From NCBI GenBank assembly GCA_052327205.1, contig JBMRGM010000037.1:124001-188000 (forward strand): DNA of 64,000 nt. Direction: 5' to 3'. The position numbers and the translations under genes are program-made. The first letter of the stretch is position 1, and the number at the start of each line of letters is the position of its first letter. The stretch comes from Somniosus microcephalus (taxonomy: Eukaryota). Positions 51,401-64,000 of the stretch are shown here, piece by piece. The notes beneath the pieces were generated by a model. The model was given only the letters and a program-made list of their open reading frames with translations. It was not told the DNA's origin and did not search any database.

Positions 51401-54240
51401 CTGGGTGGAGTGAAAATGAAAAACCTAGCCAGAGCGTTTGTGTGGTGGCCAGGTATCGATGGAGACATCGAAGAAATGACCAAGAGCTGTCTAGGATGCC
51501 AGAAGGTCCAAAACGCCCCACCACAAGCCCCCCTACATCCATGGGAGTGGCCCTCATCTCCATGGCAAAGGGTACATATCGACTTTGCTGGTCCATTTAT
51601 GGACTCATTCTCTTAATCGCTGTTGATGCACACTCCAAGTGGCCAGAGGTAATAAAGATGTCCTCCACCACCACGGAAAAAAACATCACAGTATCAAGGA
51701 TCATATTTGCCAGGAATGGGCTACCTGAACAGACCTGTTCTGATAATGGACCGCAATTTGTGTCCGAAGAATTCAGGAAGTTCTTAAAAAACAATGGGGT
51801 TAAGCACTACACGTCTGCCCCATACCATCCCGCCACAAATGGATTAGCTGAAAGGCTTGTCCAGACCTTCAAGAAGGCCATAAAAGCCATGGGTAATGAA
51901 GACATAAATCTACAACATAAGGTAGAAACTTCTTGTTTGCGTACAGGAATGCAACACATGTGGTTACAAACCAAACTCCCGCCATGATGTTTTTCAATAG
52001 AAGACTAAGATGCCGGCTGGATTTGATCAAGCCAAACATCAGAAGGGACGTAGAGAAGCGGCAATTTCAAGGCATGAATGAAAGGCCAACTAGAACCTTC
52101 CAGATAGGTCAACAAGTTTTGGCCCAGCACTACCGTACCGAGAAATGGCAGCCTGGAACTATTTGCACACAACTAGGACCGCTGATGTATACCGTGGACA
52201 TTGGAGAAAGCATAATAAGGCGCCATGCTGACCAGATCATAGAGTCATCCAAAAAGGGACAACCTACACCACAACTCTGTACACCTAATGATGAAGCACA
52301 GATACCCATAGTATCTTCCTCCGATCCGGTGATACTGGAACCAGATGAACCCGACACTGGCATTCAAGCCGAATCGACCTTGCCAAAAGATCCTACTACA
52401 CCACCGAAAACTACTACACCACCGAGGCGTTATCCAGACCGAGTCAGGAAGCCTCCAGAGAGACTGACTTATAATTGATTAACAGCAGCAAATGTTTAGA
52501 TTATTGTTCTTGTAAACATGTTAATTAATTATTACCTAAAATGTTATGTACTAATTATCTAAAAGGGGAGGAATTGCAGTGTATGTACCTTTAAGAGCCC
52601 CTGTGTACTGTAATACCGGTAGTGACCACTCGGGTATATAAGCCTGTATAGCGTCTTGTATCTGTTAGTTCACCTCCAGACTTTGTTCAGTAAACACCTG
52701 TTAAACCAACTCCTGCATTCCGTGTCTCCATTAACACACGGATACAACACAGACAACTGGCCACTGGTTGCCATCATAAAAAAAAATCTGAATGAGATGT
52801 CTCCAAGGATTCAACGACTCATGATGAAGCTGCAAAGATATGACTTTGAACTGATCTACACACCAGGCAAATACATAGTGTTAGCAGATGCACTATCCCG
52901 AGCACCCACAATGAGTCATGTGAGCTCTACTGAAGATGACGTGGATGTTCATGTGATTATGGTCACTGCTGTGCTGCCCGTGTCAGACACAAAATCAAAG
53001 CAAATAGCAGAAGAAACAGTAAAAGATGCAGTGTTACAAACAGTAATAGAGAACATTCATCATGGATGGCCAAAAGGTTCCTGTCCAAAGTACTATCACA
53101 TCAGGTCAGAGTTGAGTGTCGCAAGTGGACTATTACTAAATCAGAACAGAATAGTCATTCCACAGGCTTTACGTCAAGACATGCACAAAAGGATTCATGA
53201 GGGACACCTCGGAATTGAAAAATGCAAAAGGAAAGCAAGAGGCACTGTTTATTGGCCTGGCATAAATAAGGACATTGAGAACATGATAGGCAAATGTGAG
53301 ACATGTCAGAAACACCAAAACAAGCAAGCAAAGGAACCAATGATAGTAGCTGACTTACCAACAGCACCATGGCAAAAGATTGGTATGGACCTTTTTCATT
53401 TGAATGGTAAAGACTATCTAATAGTGATTAACTACTATTCTAACTATCCTGAGATGGCGCTGCTCTCAAGCACCACAGCAAGCAGTGTCATAATGCATGT
53501 GAAATCCATCTTCGCCAGACATGGAATTCCCAGGATTGCCTTTAGCCACAATGGTCCGTGCTTCAACTGTAAGGAGTGGCAACAGTTTGCAGCACAGTAT
53601 GACTTTCAGCACATCACATCCAGCCCTTTGTATGCTCAGTCGAATAGTAAGGCAGAAAAAGGCATTCAAGTTCTCAAACAGCTACTGAAGAAAGCGACAG
53701 AAAGCACGTCTGATCATTATCTCGCCCTGCTGAGTTACCGAGCCTCGCCTTTAGACTCTGGTTCTTCACCTGCTGAACTCCTAATGGGTCACAAGTTGCA
53801 TCATGCTACCCTGCTGTGCAAAAGAAAAGCAGAGTAAGGAACTGAGACAGAGACTTCAACTGTTTAAGCTGAAACAGAAATCATACTCTGACAAGTCATC
53901 CAAAACTCTGAAACTATTGACAAGGGATGATGTTGTCAGGATTGAGGATCCAGATGCATGGAACAGGAAAGGTACAGTTCTTGAGGAAGTAGGACCAAGG
54001 TCATACATTGTTAGAACTGAGGAAGGACAGATTCTCAGGAGGAACCACCGTTCCCTCCTGAAAAAACAAGAAACTATCCAAGAGCAAATCGATGACAATG
54101 CCGAAACTGAATCTTGTCAATCACCACCAGAACATTGTAACACAAACACACATACAGGCTCTCATGAAAACACATCAGACTTACCTGTGCTGAGAAGATC
54201 CACACGTGAAGTAAAAAAGGCTGATAGACTTAATCATTGA
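45406..54240 (+). pseudogene. gag-pol of element A (45406-47886 and 52755-54240), split by element B
   Basis: Two CCHC knuckles, protease LDTGA, RT YVDD, RNase H TDAS...TVETD|NWPL, integrase HHCC with DDE (second Asp mutated: SHNG). Stop at 47422-47424 and frameshift near 53800. Confidence 0.92.
47887..52749 (+). mobile_element. Gypsy LTR retrotransposon B (Mag-clade-like) inserted in the RNase H region of A
   Basis: LTRs 47887-48061 and 52575-52749 (175 bp). TSD CAGAC at 47882-47886 and 52750-52754. PBS TGGCAACGA (tRNA-Ser-like), PPT AAAAGGGGAGGAAT. gag-pol with LDTGS, YLDD, ACDASPY, HEGHLG/CLGC and SDNG; several stops and frameshifts. Confidence 0.95.
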
Positions 54241-54447
54241 GTATAAAGTAAAGCTTTGAAAATGTGTTCACTGTTGTGAAAATGTTTATGTTTATACAGC
54301 ACTAACAAAAGTGTTACTGATATCATCTTTATCGTGTTTCTTGAAAGTTGATTGATATTGATTGATATTGATTTTGTTTAACCTCAAAGAAAGGGGGATG
54401 TAATGATCAGTAACCTGTCATTCTAGAATGGTACACTAGGTGGAGCT

Positions 54448-57400
54448 TGTAGTGACCGTGTGTTGATAAAGACACTGAAGACAGGAGTTGGTTCATAGGT
54501 ATTTACTAAGCAAAGCCTGGGGGGGGGGTTCTAACGGATATACACAATATACAGGCTTATATAGCCCGAGTGGCAATTACCAGCATTACAGCACACCTGG
54601 GGCTCTTAAAGGCACATACACCACAATTCCTCCCCTTTTAGCTAACCAGTACATCAAATTTTAAGTAATTATTAATTACATGTTATAAGCAAAATAATAT
54701 ACATTGCTGTAATTAATTAATTAATTATAAGTTAGTCTCTCAGGAGGCTTCCTGACTCGGTCTGGATAACGCCTCGGGGGTGTAATAGTTTCTGGTGGTG
54801 TAGTAGGATCTTCTGGCAAGGCTGATTCGGCTTGAATGCCAGTGTCGTGTTCATCGGGTTCCAGTATCACCGGATCGGAGGTAGATATGGGTATCTCTAC
54901 TTCATCGTTAGATGTATAGAGTTGTGCTGTAAGTTGTCCTTTTTGGATGACTTTATGATTTGGTCAGCATGGCACCTTATTATACTTTCTCCAATGCCCG
55001 CAGTATACATCAGTGGTCCTAGTCGTGTGCAGATAGTTCCAGGCTGCCATTTCTCGGTACGCTAGTCCCGGGCCAAAACTTGTTGGCCTATCTGGAAGGT
55101 ACTAGTTGGCCTTTCATTCATGCCTTGAAACTGCCGGTTCTCCACGTCCCTTCTGATGTTGGGCTTGACCAAATGCAGCCGGCATCTTAGGTTTCTATTG
55201 AAGAACGTCATGGCGGGAGTTTGGTTGGTAACCATATGTGTTGCATTCCTGTATGCGAATAAGAAGTTATCCACCTTGTGCTGAAGTTTTATGCCTTCAT
55301 TACCCAATGTCTTTATGGCCTTCTTGAAGGTCTGGGCAAACCTTTCAGCAAATGCATTGGTGGCGGGATGGTGTGAGGCAGACGTGTAGTGCTTAACCCC
55401 ATTGTTTTTTAAGAACTTTCTGAATTCTTCGGACACAAATTGCGGTCCAGTATCAGAACATATCTGTTCCGGCAGCCCATTCCTGGCAAATATGGTCCTT
55501 AATACTGTGATGGTTTCTTTCCGTGGTGGTGGAGGACATCTTTATTACCTCCGACCACTTGGAGTGTGCATCAACCGTGATTAAGAACATTGAGTCCATA
55601 AATGGACCAGCAAGGTCGATGTGCACCCTTTGCAAGGGAGATGAGGGCCACTCCCAAGGATGTAGAGGGGCTTGTGGAGGAGCGTTTTGGACCTTCGGGC
55701 ATCCTAGGCAGCTCTTGGTCATTTCTTCGATGTCTCCATCGATACCTGGCCACCATACAAATGCCCTAGCTAGGTTCTTCATTTTCAATCCACCCAGATG
55801 CCCCTTGTGAAGCTCCTTTAGCACTTTATCCTGGAGTTTGGGTGGAATCACCACTCTGGATCCACACATCAAGGCCCCTCGGCACACTGACAGCTGTTCT
55901 CTTCTTTGCGAGAATGCTGGCAACAGTGGTTCGCCATGTGCTGGCCATCCCTTCACTGTTAAATCGTAGACCCGTGAGAGAGTCGGGTCATTTCTCGTCT
56001 CCCTTTCAATGGCAGAATTTGTCACTGGTAGGCATTCCACTATGGTAGCGTGGAACATCTCTACTGGGTCTAATGTAGGTTCCTCTTCTACCGTTGGCAA
56101 CGGTAGGCGTGATAAACCGTCAACATTCCCATGCTGTTTTGATCCTTTGTATTCTATGTTGTATTGGTGTGCCCCTAGAAAAAGTGACCACCCCTGTAGC
56201 CTTTGCGCTGTCATAATGGGAACACCTTTTTTTTAGGGTTGAATATGGAGATGAGGGGTTGATGATCAGTCAACAAGGTAAATTTTTGTCCGTGTAGGTA
56301 ATGGTTGAATTCCTTCACTCCCAATACCAGGCTGAGTGCTTCCCTGTCGATTTGGGCATAGTTACACTCAGCTGAGTTTAATGAGCGTGATGCAAAAGCT
56401 ATCAGCCGTTCTGAGCCATCAGCGAATTTATGGGATAATACTGCTCCTATGCCATAAGGGGATGCATCGCACGCCAGTCTGATTGGCAGTGATGGGTTGT
56501 AATGAGCCAAAACTTCTTCGGATGTGATTAAGTCTTTGCATTTATGGAAGGCACGTTTGCAGTCTTCGTTCCATTTCCAAATCACTCCTGTTCGTAGAAG
56601 TTCATTAAGAGGGTGTAGAAGAGTTGATAAGTTCGGTAAAAATTTATGATAGTAATTTATTAATCCCAGGAACGACCTTAAATGTGAAACATTTTCAGGT
56701 GCTGGGGCTTTTATAACCGCTTCAATTTTTTCAGGTGACTTATGCAACCCTTCATTATTAATTATGTGGTCACAATATGATATCTGATTTTGGAAAAATT
56801 CGCACTTGGGGCGATTCGCTCGTAGTCCTCGTTCTTTCAGCCTAGTGAGCACCTGCTCCAAATTGGCAAGGTGCTCGTTGTAGTTTTCTCCTGTTACAAG
56901 GATGTCGCCTAGGTAGCATTGAGTCCCCGGAATCCCTTGCAGGACTTGCTCCATAGCTCTTTGCCAGATAGCTGGAGCTGATGCTACTCCAAAAACCAGT
57001 CGATTGTACTGGTACAGGCCTTTGTGTGTGTTTATCGTGAGATACTTTTTAGAGGCCTCCTCAACCTCCATCTGTAGATATGCCTGTGCCAAGTCAATTT
57101 TGGTGATACGTTTCCCTCCGTATAGTGATGTGAAAATATCTTCTATCCTCGTAAGAGGATACTGTACTGTGTGAAGGACCGGGTTTACAGTCACCTTGAA
57201 GTCACCACAGATGCGAATTTTTCTCTGTTCTTCAGATTTATCTATATTCAATGCTTCTTTCATGTCTGGAACGATGGGTGTTGCCCATTCGCTCCAATCT
57301 ATTTTGGATAATACGCCTGCTTTTTCCAAATTCTCCAGGTCTGCCTCGACTCCTGGACGTATTGTGTATGGCACCGGTCTTACATTAAACAATTTGGGAA

Positions 57401-59336
57401 TTGCTGCATCTTCCACTTTTATTGAGGCGGTGATGCCTTTCAAGGTTCCTAGTTTCTCTTGAAACACTTCTTTGGCGTTGGCCAAGATGTCTTTTAATCG
57501 TTCAGGTATGATGTCTTCATTGTTTTTTTTCCTTACTGGTCACCGTCAGTGCCTGAATGGAGTGCCAGTCTAAACGTATCTTCCTGTTCCATTCACGTCC
57601 CAACAACGGTGGACCACCATCTTGTAGAATGTATAAATACAACTTTTGTATTTCTTTGCCGTTGTATACAACAGGTACCCTTATTTTTCCTTTGTGGTAT
57701 ACTTTCTGCCCCGTATATGTTTTTTAGATAACGGATGTGTCTTTTAGAGGTATATGCGGAAATAGCCTCTCGTAATCCCGTCGATTTCTTATGATTAGAG
57801 CTGATCCTGTATCTAGCTCCATTTTAACTGGGGATCCTGCTATTGTGAGGGTAACCCAAATGCTTTGGTAATCATCTTTGACAAGTACATTATGTAATTT
57901 GAGACAGCTTAGTCACTTGTTTTCGAAGTTGCTACCGCTCTTCTGGTCTTCGGAGCTACTGTCCGTCATCATTTTTACCTTCCTGTACTTTCCTTTATTG
58001 ATTTTATTTTTTCTGTCAGAGGGTTTCTTTTGTCCAGATCGGCATACCCGTGCAATGTGTCCAATCTTTCCGCATTGCCTGCATGCTTTGTCCTTGAACC
58101 AGCAGTCCCTCTGATTATGGGTGGATCTGCCGCAGCGATAACATCTTTCGAAACCCTGTGTCATTTCATGGGTGCCAAAGTCCTGTGTCTTTTGTTTTAT
58201 CTCTGCAGCTCCTTTTGCTGCTGCTTCGTATGATACAGCCATATTGAATGCTTTGTCCAATGTTAAATCTTTTTCAGAAAGCAGTCTTTTTTGTGTTCCT
58301 TCACTTAAGCGACCGCAAACGAATTTGTCTCGAAGATAATCTGATAGTCCTGCCCCGAATTGGCAGTACTTTGATAGCTTTCTTAATTCGGTTAGGTAAT
58401 CAGCGTTACTTTCATTCTTGTGTTGATTTCTCTTGAAGAACTTGAATCGTTCCACTATCAGCAGCGGTGTTGGGTTTAAGTAATCCTGCAGGGTATCAAC
58501 AATTTCTTTAAAATTTTTGTCCTTTGGTTTGGCTGGAGTGATTAAACTTCGTAACAGCCCGTATGTCTTTGCGCCCATTAAGTTCAGATGTACTGAAGCT
58601 TTTGTTTCATCTTCTATTCCATTTGCAGTGCAATATACCTCTACTCTTTCCACGCATGTGGTCCAATCCTCTATTTCGCTATCAAAAGCATCAATATTGC
58701 CAGACTTAGGCATTTCAGAAAAGATATGGCGCTTCCCGCGCTTTTTTTTCTTTTCTGTAGCAAAGATATGGCACTTCCCGTGCTTTCCCGCCGCTGCTGC
58801 CGATAACAACGCTGTTTACTGCGGTTTCCGTTCTCTTTTTTTTTAAATTTACTGTTGGAGACTCGTTCCCGCCGCAGGTCTGAACGCTGACCTGCTTGCC
58901 ACGCCGGCCGTCTCCCGAGTGCTCCCTCCCAGTCCGTTATTACTTGCCTCCGATTTCGCTGCCTGTCTCAGCTGTAGAGCCAGCCGCTGGAGCCCCGGCC
59001 TGATGCCCAGGAAGGATTAGCGCAATACCTGCCACCAGCTTGGCTAGCTGGTGAAACCATAGCTTCTCTCACTTCCTTGAGTCTTCTGGACGGCCGAGGA
59101 ATCGATGTCCTTGAGGTGCTGCCGAATTGCAGGTAAGTCCGTTTCCACTTCATCGCCACTGTAGTGTCCGTGTTTTGATAAAGACACTGAAAACAGGAGT
59201 TGGTTCATAGGTATTTACTAAGCAAAGTCTGGGGGGGGGTTCTAACGGATATACACAATATACATTCTTATATCGCCCGAGTGGCAATTACCAGCATTAC
59301 AGCAAACCTGGGGCTCTTAAAGGCACATACACCACA
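54448..59336 (-). mobile_element. Gypsy LTR retrotransposon C (relative of B) inserted antisense in the 3' LTR of A
   Basis: LTRs 59336-59160 and 54625-54448. TSD GAGCT at 54443-54447 and 59337-59341. Same PPT as B, PBS TGGCGATGA. gag with CYRCGRSTHNQRDC and CRQCGKIGHIARVC; RT motif mutated to YLGD. Confidence 0.95.
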
Positions 59337-59667
59337 GAGCTGTATGTTGCTGTATGTTTAGCTGTATGTATATAAGAGTAGGCTACCCACAAGGCAGTAG
59401 TCAAGATGGATACTGTACCAAGTCCACATGGCATGAATAAAGTGACTAGCTAGAAGCTAGCTGTTCATAATGAAAACGACTAGTTATTAATGAACATAAC
59501 ACCACGGAGATTCACAGATTCGGCAATATGGGGAGCATGAAGATTGATGAAACTATCAGGGACCAGGCCTTGAACATTATCTTGTTGGGAGTGAGATGGG
59601 AAGTGCGTCAGCCCTTTTACACTGTAACACGGAGCAATCTGGTGCTACAAAAGGATTGAGATCACTG

Positions 59668-59810
59668 AGGGTACGATAGCACAGTGGTTATGTCACTGCA
59701 ATATTGATGCAGAGCATGAGAGTCCAAATCCCACCCTGGATGTTTTAGAATTTGAATTTAGCTTTAAAAATCTGGGTGTGAAAGGATTGGTTTTAGTGAA
59801 TGTTGCTGAA
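59668..59810 (+). mobile_element. Decayed tRNA-headed SINE fragment (paralog at ~35816-35945)
   Basis: GGTACGATAGCACAGTGGTTATGTCACTG...GAGTCCAAATCCCACC head with A/B-box-like segments. Confidence 0.5.
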
Positions 59811-62800
59811 ACATTGAGTGGATTTATTCTGGGAATATGCTCTCGCTAACAGTCAGTGTCCATTAATGTTCAAATATTCATGGGTGGGTTGTTTCTCTGA
59901 TGTACGAGGGAGTTGTCTCTGCTACGTGAGGGAGTTGTCTCTGATATGTGAGGGAATTGTTTACATGGATCCCTGAAACTCTTGGCTCCGCCACAGTTTC
60001 TAGCTTCTCACCATTTAGAAAATACTCTGTTCTATATTTCTCAGGTCTGACGTGGGTGAACTAACACGTTCATCTGCCCTGATTGTTACAAAGAGGATAT
60101 TCATAGAGTAAACACCTCTCATTAACTGGCAACAGGCTATCAATATCTCCGTCCAGTTTACAGCTTACACTAATCCTTCGACATACATGCTGTTGGTGAT
60201 TCGTGAAATTTTAGTTAAATGTAGAGACCATCGCAGTCCCTTTACAGTCCCAGTGTTAGTGGGTGAGCAGCCGGCAGGGTCTGGGGAATGGATATCTGGT
60301 CAGGGACCTCACAGTGTCGGGTGTCATGTTTACACAAACACTCTCCCAGCTAGCTCTCTCTCCTCAATCTAGTTTGCATATGTTGCTGAATGTACACCTG
60401 TGTCCTTTAAAAAAATGCCCGTGCTTATATTGTTCTCAGTCTGTCAGCATAATCTTACAAACATTACTTCATAGAATCCGAGAATGATACAGCACAGAAG
60501 GAGGCCATTCGACCCAGCGTGCCTGTGCCGGCTCTTAGAACGAGCTGTCCAACTAATCCTTTTCCTCTGCTCTTTCCCCATAGATCTGTAAGTCATCTCC
60601 CATCAAAATCTATCCAATTCACCATATGGACTGCAGCAGTTCAAGAAAGCGGCTCACCACCATCTTCTCAAGGGCAATTAGGGATGGGCACTAAATGCAG
60701 GCCCAGCCAGCGACGCCCACATCCCATCAATGAATTTTAAAAAATGTAGTTGCTATCGAATCTGATTCCAGCGCCCTTTCAGGCAATGCATTCCAGATCA
60801 CAACAACTCGCTGTGTAAAAAAGTTGTTTCCTCATGTCACCTCTGATCCTTTGCCAATCACCTTAAATTTGTGTTCTGTCGACACTGACACTTCTGCCAC
60901 TGGAAACAGCTTATCCTCATTTACTCTATCAAAACGATTCATGATTTTCAACATCAAAATTAAGTATTTTCTTAATCTTCTCTGCAATAAGCAGAAAATG
61001 CCTAGCTTCTCCAGTCTCTCCAGTGAACTGGAGCCCGTCATTCCTGGTACTGTTCTAATAAATCTCCGCCGCACCCTCTGCAAGGCCTTGACAACCTGCT
61101 TAAAAGGTGGTACCCAGAATTCAACACAATACTATAGCTGAGGCCTAAACTGTGTTTTACAAAGGTTGAGCAATAACGTCCTTGCTTTGCACACTGTGCC
61201 CCTATTAGTAAAGACCAGGATCCAATATGCTTTTTTTAACAGCGTTCTCAACTTGTCCTTCCAAGATTTGTGTACATACAGCCCCAGGTCTCTCTGTTCC
61301 TCCATCCCCTTGAAAATTGTATCATTTAGTTCACATTGTCTCTCCAAATGCCTCCTACCAAAATGTATCAAATGACAACAAAGTTCCAGTTTTTACAGGC
61401 TGACCATTGTCTTTTGGACGCAACGGCACAACCAGCCCAGACCAGAGGACACTGCAATTTCCTCCTCGTGAATATCAGGCGACTTTTGTCAAAATTGGGA
61501 GAGCTGTCCCACAGACTAGTCAAGCAAAAGCCCAACATAGTCTTTCCTTTCATAACTTTCAACAATGGCCCAGACTCCTCCATCACCATCCCTGGGTATG
61601 TCCTAACCCACCAGGCGGACAGACCCACCAGATGTGGTGGCACACTAGTTTACAGTTGGGAATGAGTGGCCCTGGGAGTCCTCACCATTGATTCCAGACC
61701 CCATGAAATCTCATGGCTTCAGGTCAAACATGCATATGGAAACCTCCTGCTGATTACCACCTACCGCTCTCCCTCAGCTGATCAATCAGTACTCCTCCAT
61801 GTTGGACATCTCTTGGAAGAAGCACTGAGAGTAGCAAGGGCAGAGAATTTAATCTGGGTGGGGGACTTAAATGTCCTTCACCAATACTGGCTCTGTAGCA
61901 CCATTACTGACCGAGCTGGCCGACTCCTGACATACAAAGCTGCCAGACTGGGACTGCAGAGGTGGTGAGAGAACCATCATGAGGGAAAAACGTACTTGAG
62001 CTCAATCTCATCAATCTCCCTGTCGCATATGTATCCGTGACAGTATTGGTAGCAGTGACCATCGCACATTCCTTGTGGAGATGAAGTCCTGTCTAGACAC
62101 GGATGACACCCTACATCATGTTGTGCGGTATTCCCGCCATGCTAAATGTGATAGATTCAGAACATATCCAGCAGATCAAAACTGGACATCCATGAGGCGC
62201 TGTTAGCCATCAGCAGCAGCAGAATTTTATTCCAGCACTGCCTGTAACCTCATGGCCTAACATTTATCTCACACTACCACTACCATCAAGCCAGGGGACC
62301 AACCCTGGTACATTATGGAGTGCAGAAGCGCATGACAGGAGCAGCACCAGGCGTACCTAAACACGAGGTGCCAACCTGGGGAAGCTGCAACATGCGTGCT
62401 AAACAGCGGATGTACCACGTTGTAGAGAGAGGTAAGTGATCCCACAATCAACGGATCAGATCAATGCTCTGCAGTCCAGCCATATCCAGTCATGAATGTT
62501 GGTAGACCAATGAAACAACTAACGAGAGGAGGAGGCTCCATGAGTAACCCCTCCTCAATGAGTGCAAGATACATGGCTGAAGTGTTTGCAACCATCTTCA
62601 GCCAGATGATCCATTCCGGCGTCCTCCAGGGATCCCAACTACCACGTGATTACAAGAAATGTAATCGCAGTCCCTTTATTGTCTCAGTGTTAGTGGGTGA
62701 GCATCAGTCAGGGTCTGGGACAATGATATCTGGTCAGGGGCCTCACAGAGTTGTGTGTCCTGTTTACACAAACACTCTCTCAGGGTGCTCTCTCTCCTCA

Positions 62801-64000
62801 CTCTAGTTTGCATATGTTGCTAAATGTACTCCTGTGCCCTTTAAAATATCTTATCAGTGCTTCTAATATGAACAATGTATTGGTCTCAGTCTGTCAGCAT
62901 CATCTGACAAACATTACATCATAGAATCCTAGAATGATACAGCACAGAAGGAGCCCATTCGAACCATCGTGCCTGTGCCAGCTATTGGAAGGAGCTGTTC
63001 AATTAATCCCACTCCCCTGCTCTTTCCTCATAGATCTGTAAATCATATCCAGTCAAAAATTCCCTTTTGCAAGTTATTATTGAAACTGCTTTCACCGCCC
63101 TTTCAGGCAGTGCATTGCAGAACACAGCAACTCGCTGTGTAAGAACATTTTTCCTCATGTCGCCTCTTGTTCTTTTCCAATCACATTAAATCTGGGTCTT
63201 CTGGTTACCGACCCTTCAGCCACTGGAAACATTTTCTCCGTATTCACTCTCTCAAAATCTTTCATGATTTTGAACACCTCTATCAAATCTCCCAAAGTCC
63301 CCTCTGCCTTAATTAGAGAAATCCCAGCATCTCCAGTCCCTCCACATAACTCAAGTCCCTGGTCCATGACACCATTCTGCTTCTGCCCGATTTCATGACA
63401 CAAATATATCCAATCAGCGTCTCCTCAAAACTGACACATTACTGACACGGGAGGGATTCAACCTGTAAATAAAATTTCGCTAATACTCAGAGTCCATTAA
63501 AGTTCCAGCCTTGGTCCTGCTTGACTTTCAGTTTTAGTACGAGACCATCGCAGTCATTTTACTGTCCCTGTGCTGGTGGATGAGCAGTAGTCAGTGCCTG
63601 GCACATTCACATGCCATCAGGAGCCTCGCAGTGTCCCTTGATCTGGTTACACAAACACTCTCCCAGTAATACACCCTCCAGAGTAACTGCGTTCAGTTCT
63701 GGGAACCGCACCTCAGTAAGGATATATTGGCCTTGGAAAGGGTGCAGCGCAGATTCCGCAGAATGATACCAGGGCTAAGAGGGTTAAATTATAAAGGCAG
63801 GTTACATAGCCTAGGCTTGTATTACCTTAACTATGGAAGATTAAGGAGTGATCGGATTGTAGTGTTTCAGATGATTAAAGGAATTGATAGGGCAGCTAGA
63901 GAGCAACTATTTCCTCTGGAGGGGGGAGTCCAGAACAAGGGGCATAATCTCAAAATTAGAGGTAGGCCGTTCAGTGGTGGTCAGGAAGCACTTTTTCACA

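Larger units (their letters stand above)
45149..59501 (+). mobile_element. Gypsy LTR retrotransposon A (Mag-clade-like, outer element; ~4.6 kb without its inserts)
   Basis: 5' LTR 45149-45360 (TG..CA, 212 bp); 3' LTR 54399-54447 + 59342-59501. TSD CCACG at 45144-45148 and 59502-59506. PBS TGGTACCAGGA (tRNA-Leu-like) at 45361. PPT AAAGAAAGGGGGA before 54399. Confidence 0.95.
32219..63665 (+). repeat. Nine dispersed copies of a ~130-bp non-TE core (starts ~32219, 34646, 38231, 40925, 41780, 44140, 60222, 62663, 63538)
   Basis: Consensus ACAGAGACCATCGCAGTCCCTTTACTGTCCCAGTGTTAGTGGGTGAGCAGCAGTCAGTGTCTGGGACATTGATATCTGGTCAGGGGCCTC...GGTTACACAAACACTCTCCCAG. Confidence 0.9.

Noticed and set aside
52656-53837. 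393-aa ORF as a domesticated integrase gene
   Set aside because: It is the integrase of element A read in from the LTR of B, with a catalytic Asp mutated and a frameshifted end.
60310-60342. RSS-like CACAGTG...ACAAACACT in the nine-copy core, with a weak AVxYC-like stretch upstream
   Set aside because: The spacer is 17 nt (not 12 or 22/23), the heptamer is broken in most copies, and no V-domain reading frame precedes it.

Overview
Eukaryotic, repeat-rich vertebrate DNA, most likely an elasmobranch (shark/ray; inferred from an HE1/V-SINE-like element and the CR1, L2, Penelope and Mag-type Gypsy content). I found no bacterial-type genes or CRISPR arrays, and most ORFs in the track are artefacts of tandem repeats or decayed retroelements. 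One host gene can be rebuilt by hand on the minus strand: four GT-AG coding exons (29302-29269, 16853-16709, 9681-9605, 9512-9348) splice in frame into a signal peptide plus a uromodulin/GP2/OIT3-type D8C/D10C domain with a swapped cysteine pair, and the gene continues off the left edge. Its introns hold four large tandem arrays (~28, 49, 74 and 53 bp units), a long decayed CR1 with a nested SINE, an L2, a Penelope element with inverted pLTRs and hammerhead-like motifs, and two non-autonomous Helitrons. The right half is an old multi-level tandem duplication containing nine copies of a ~130-bp core. One duplicate has an expanded 22-bp minisatellite. The other has a 14.4-kb nest of three Gypsy LTR retrotransposons whose LTRs, PBS, PPT and 5-bp TSDs are all readable.
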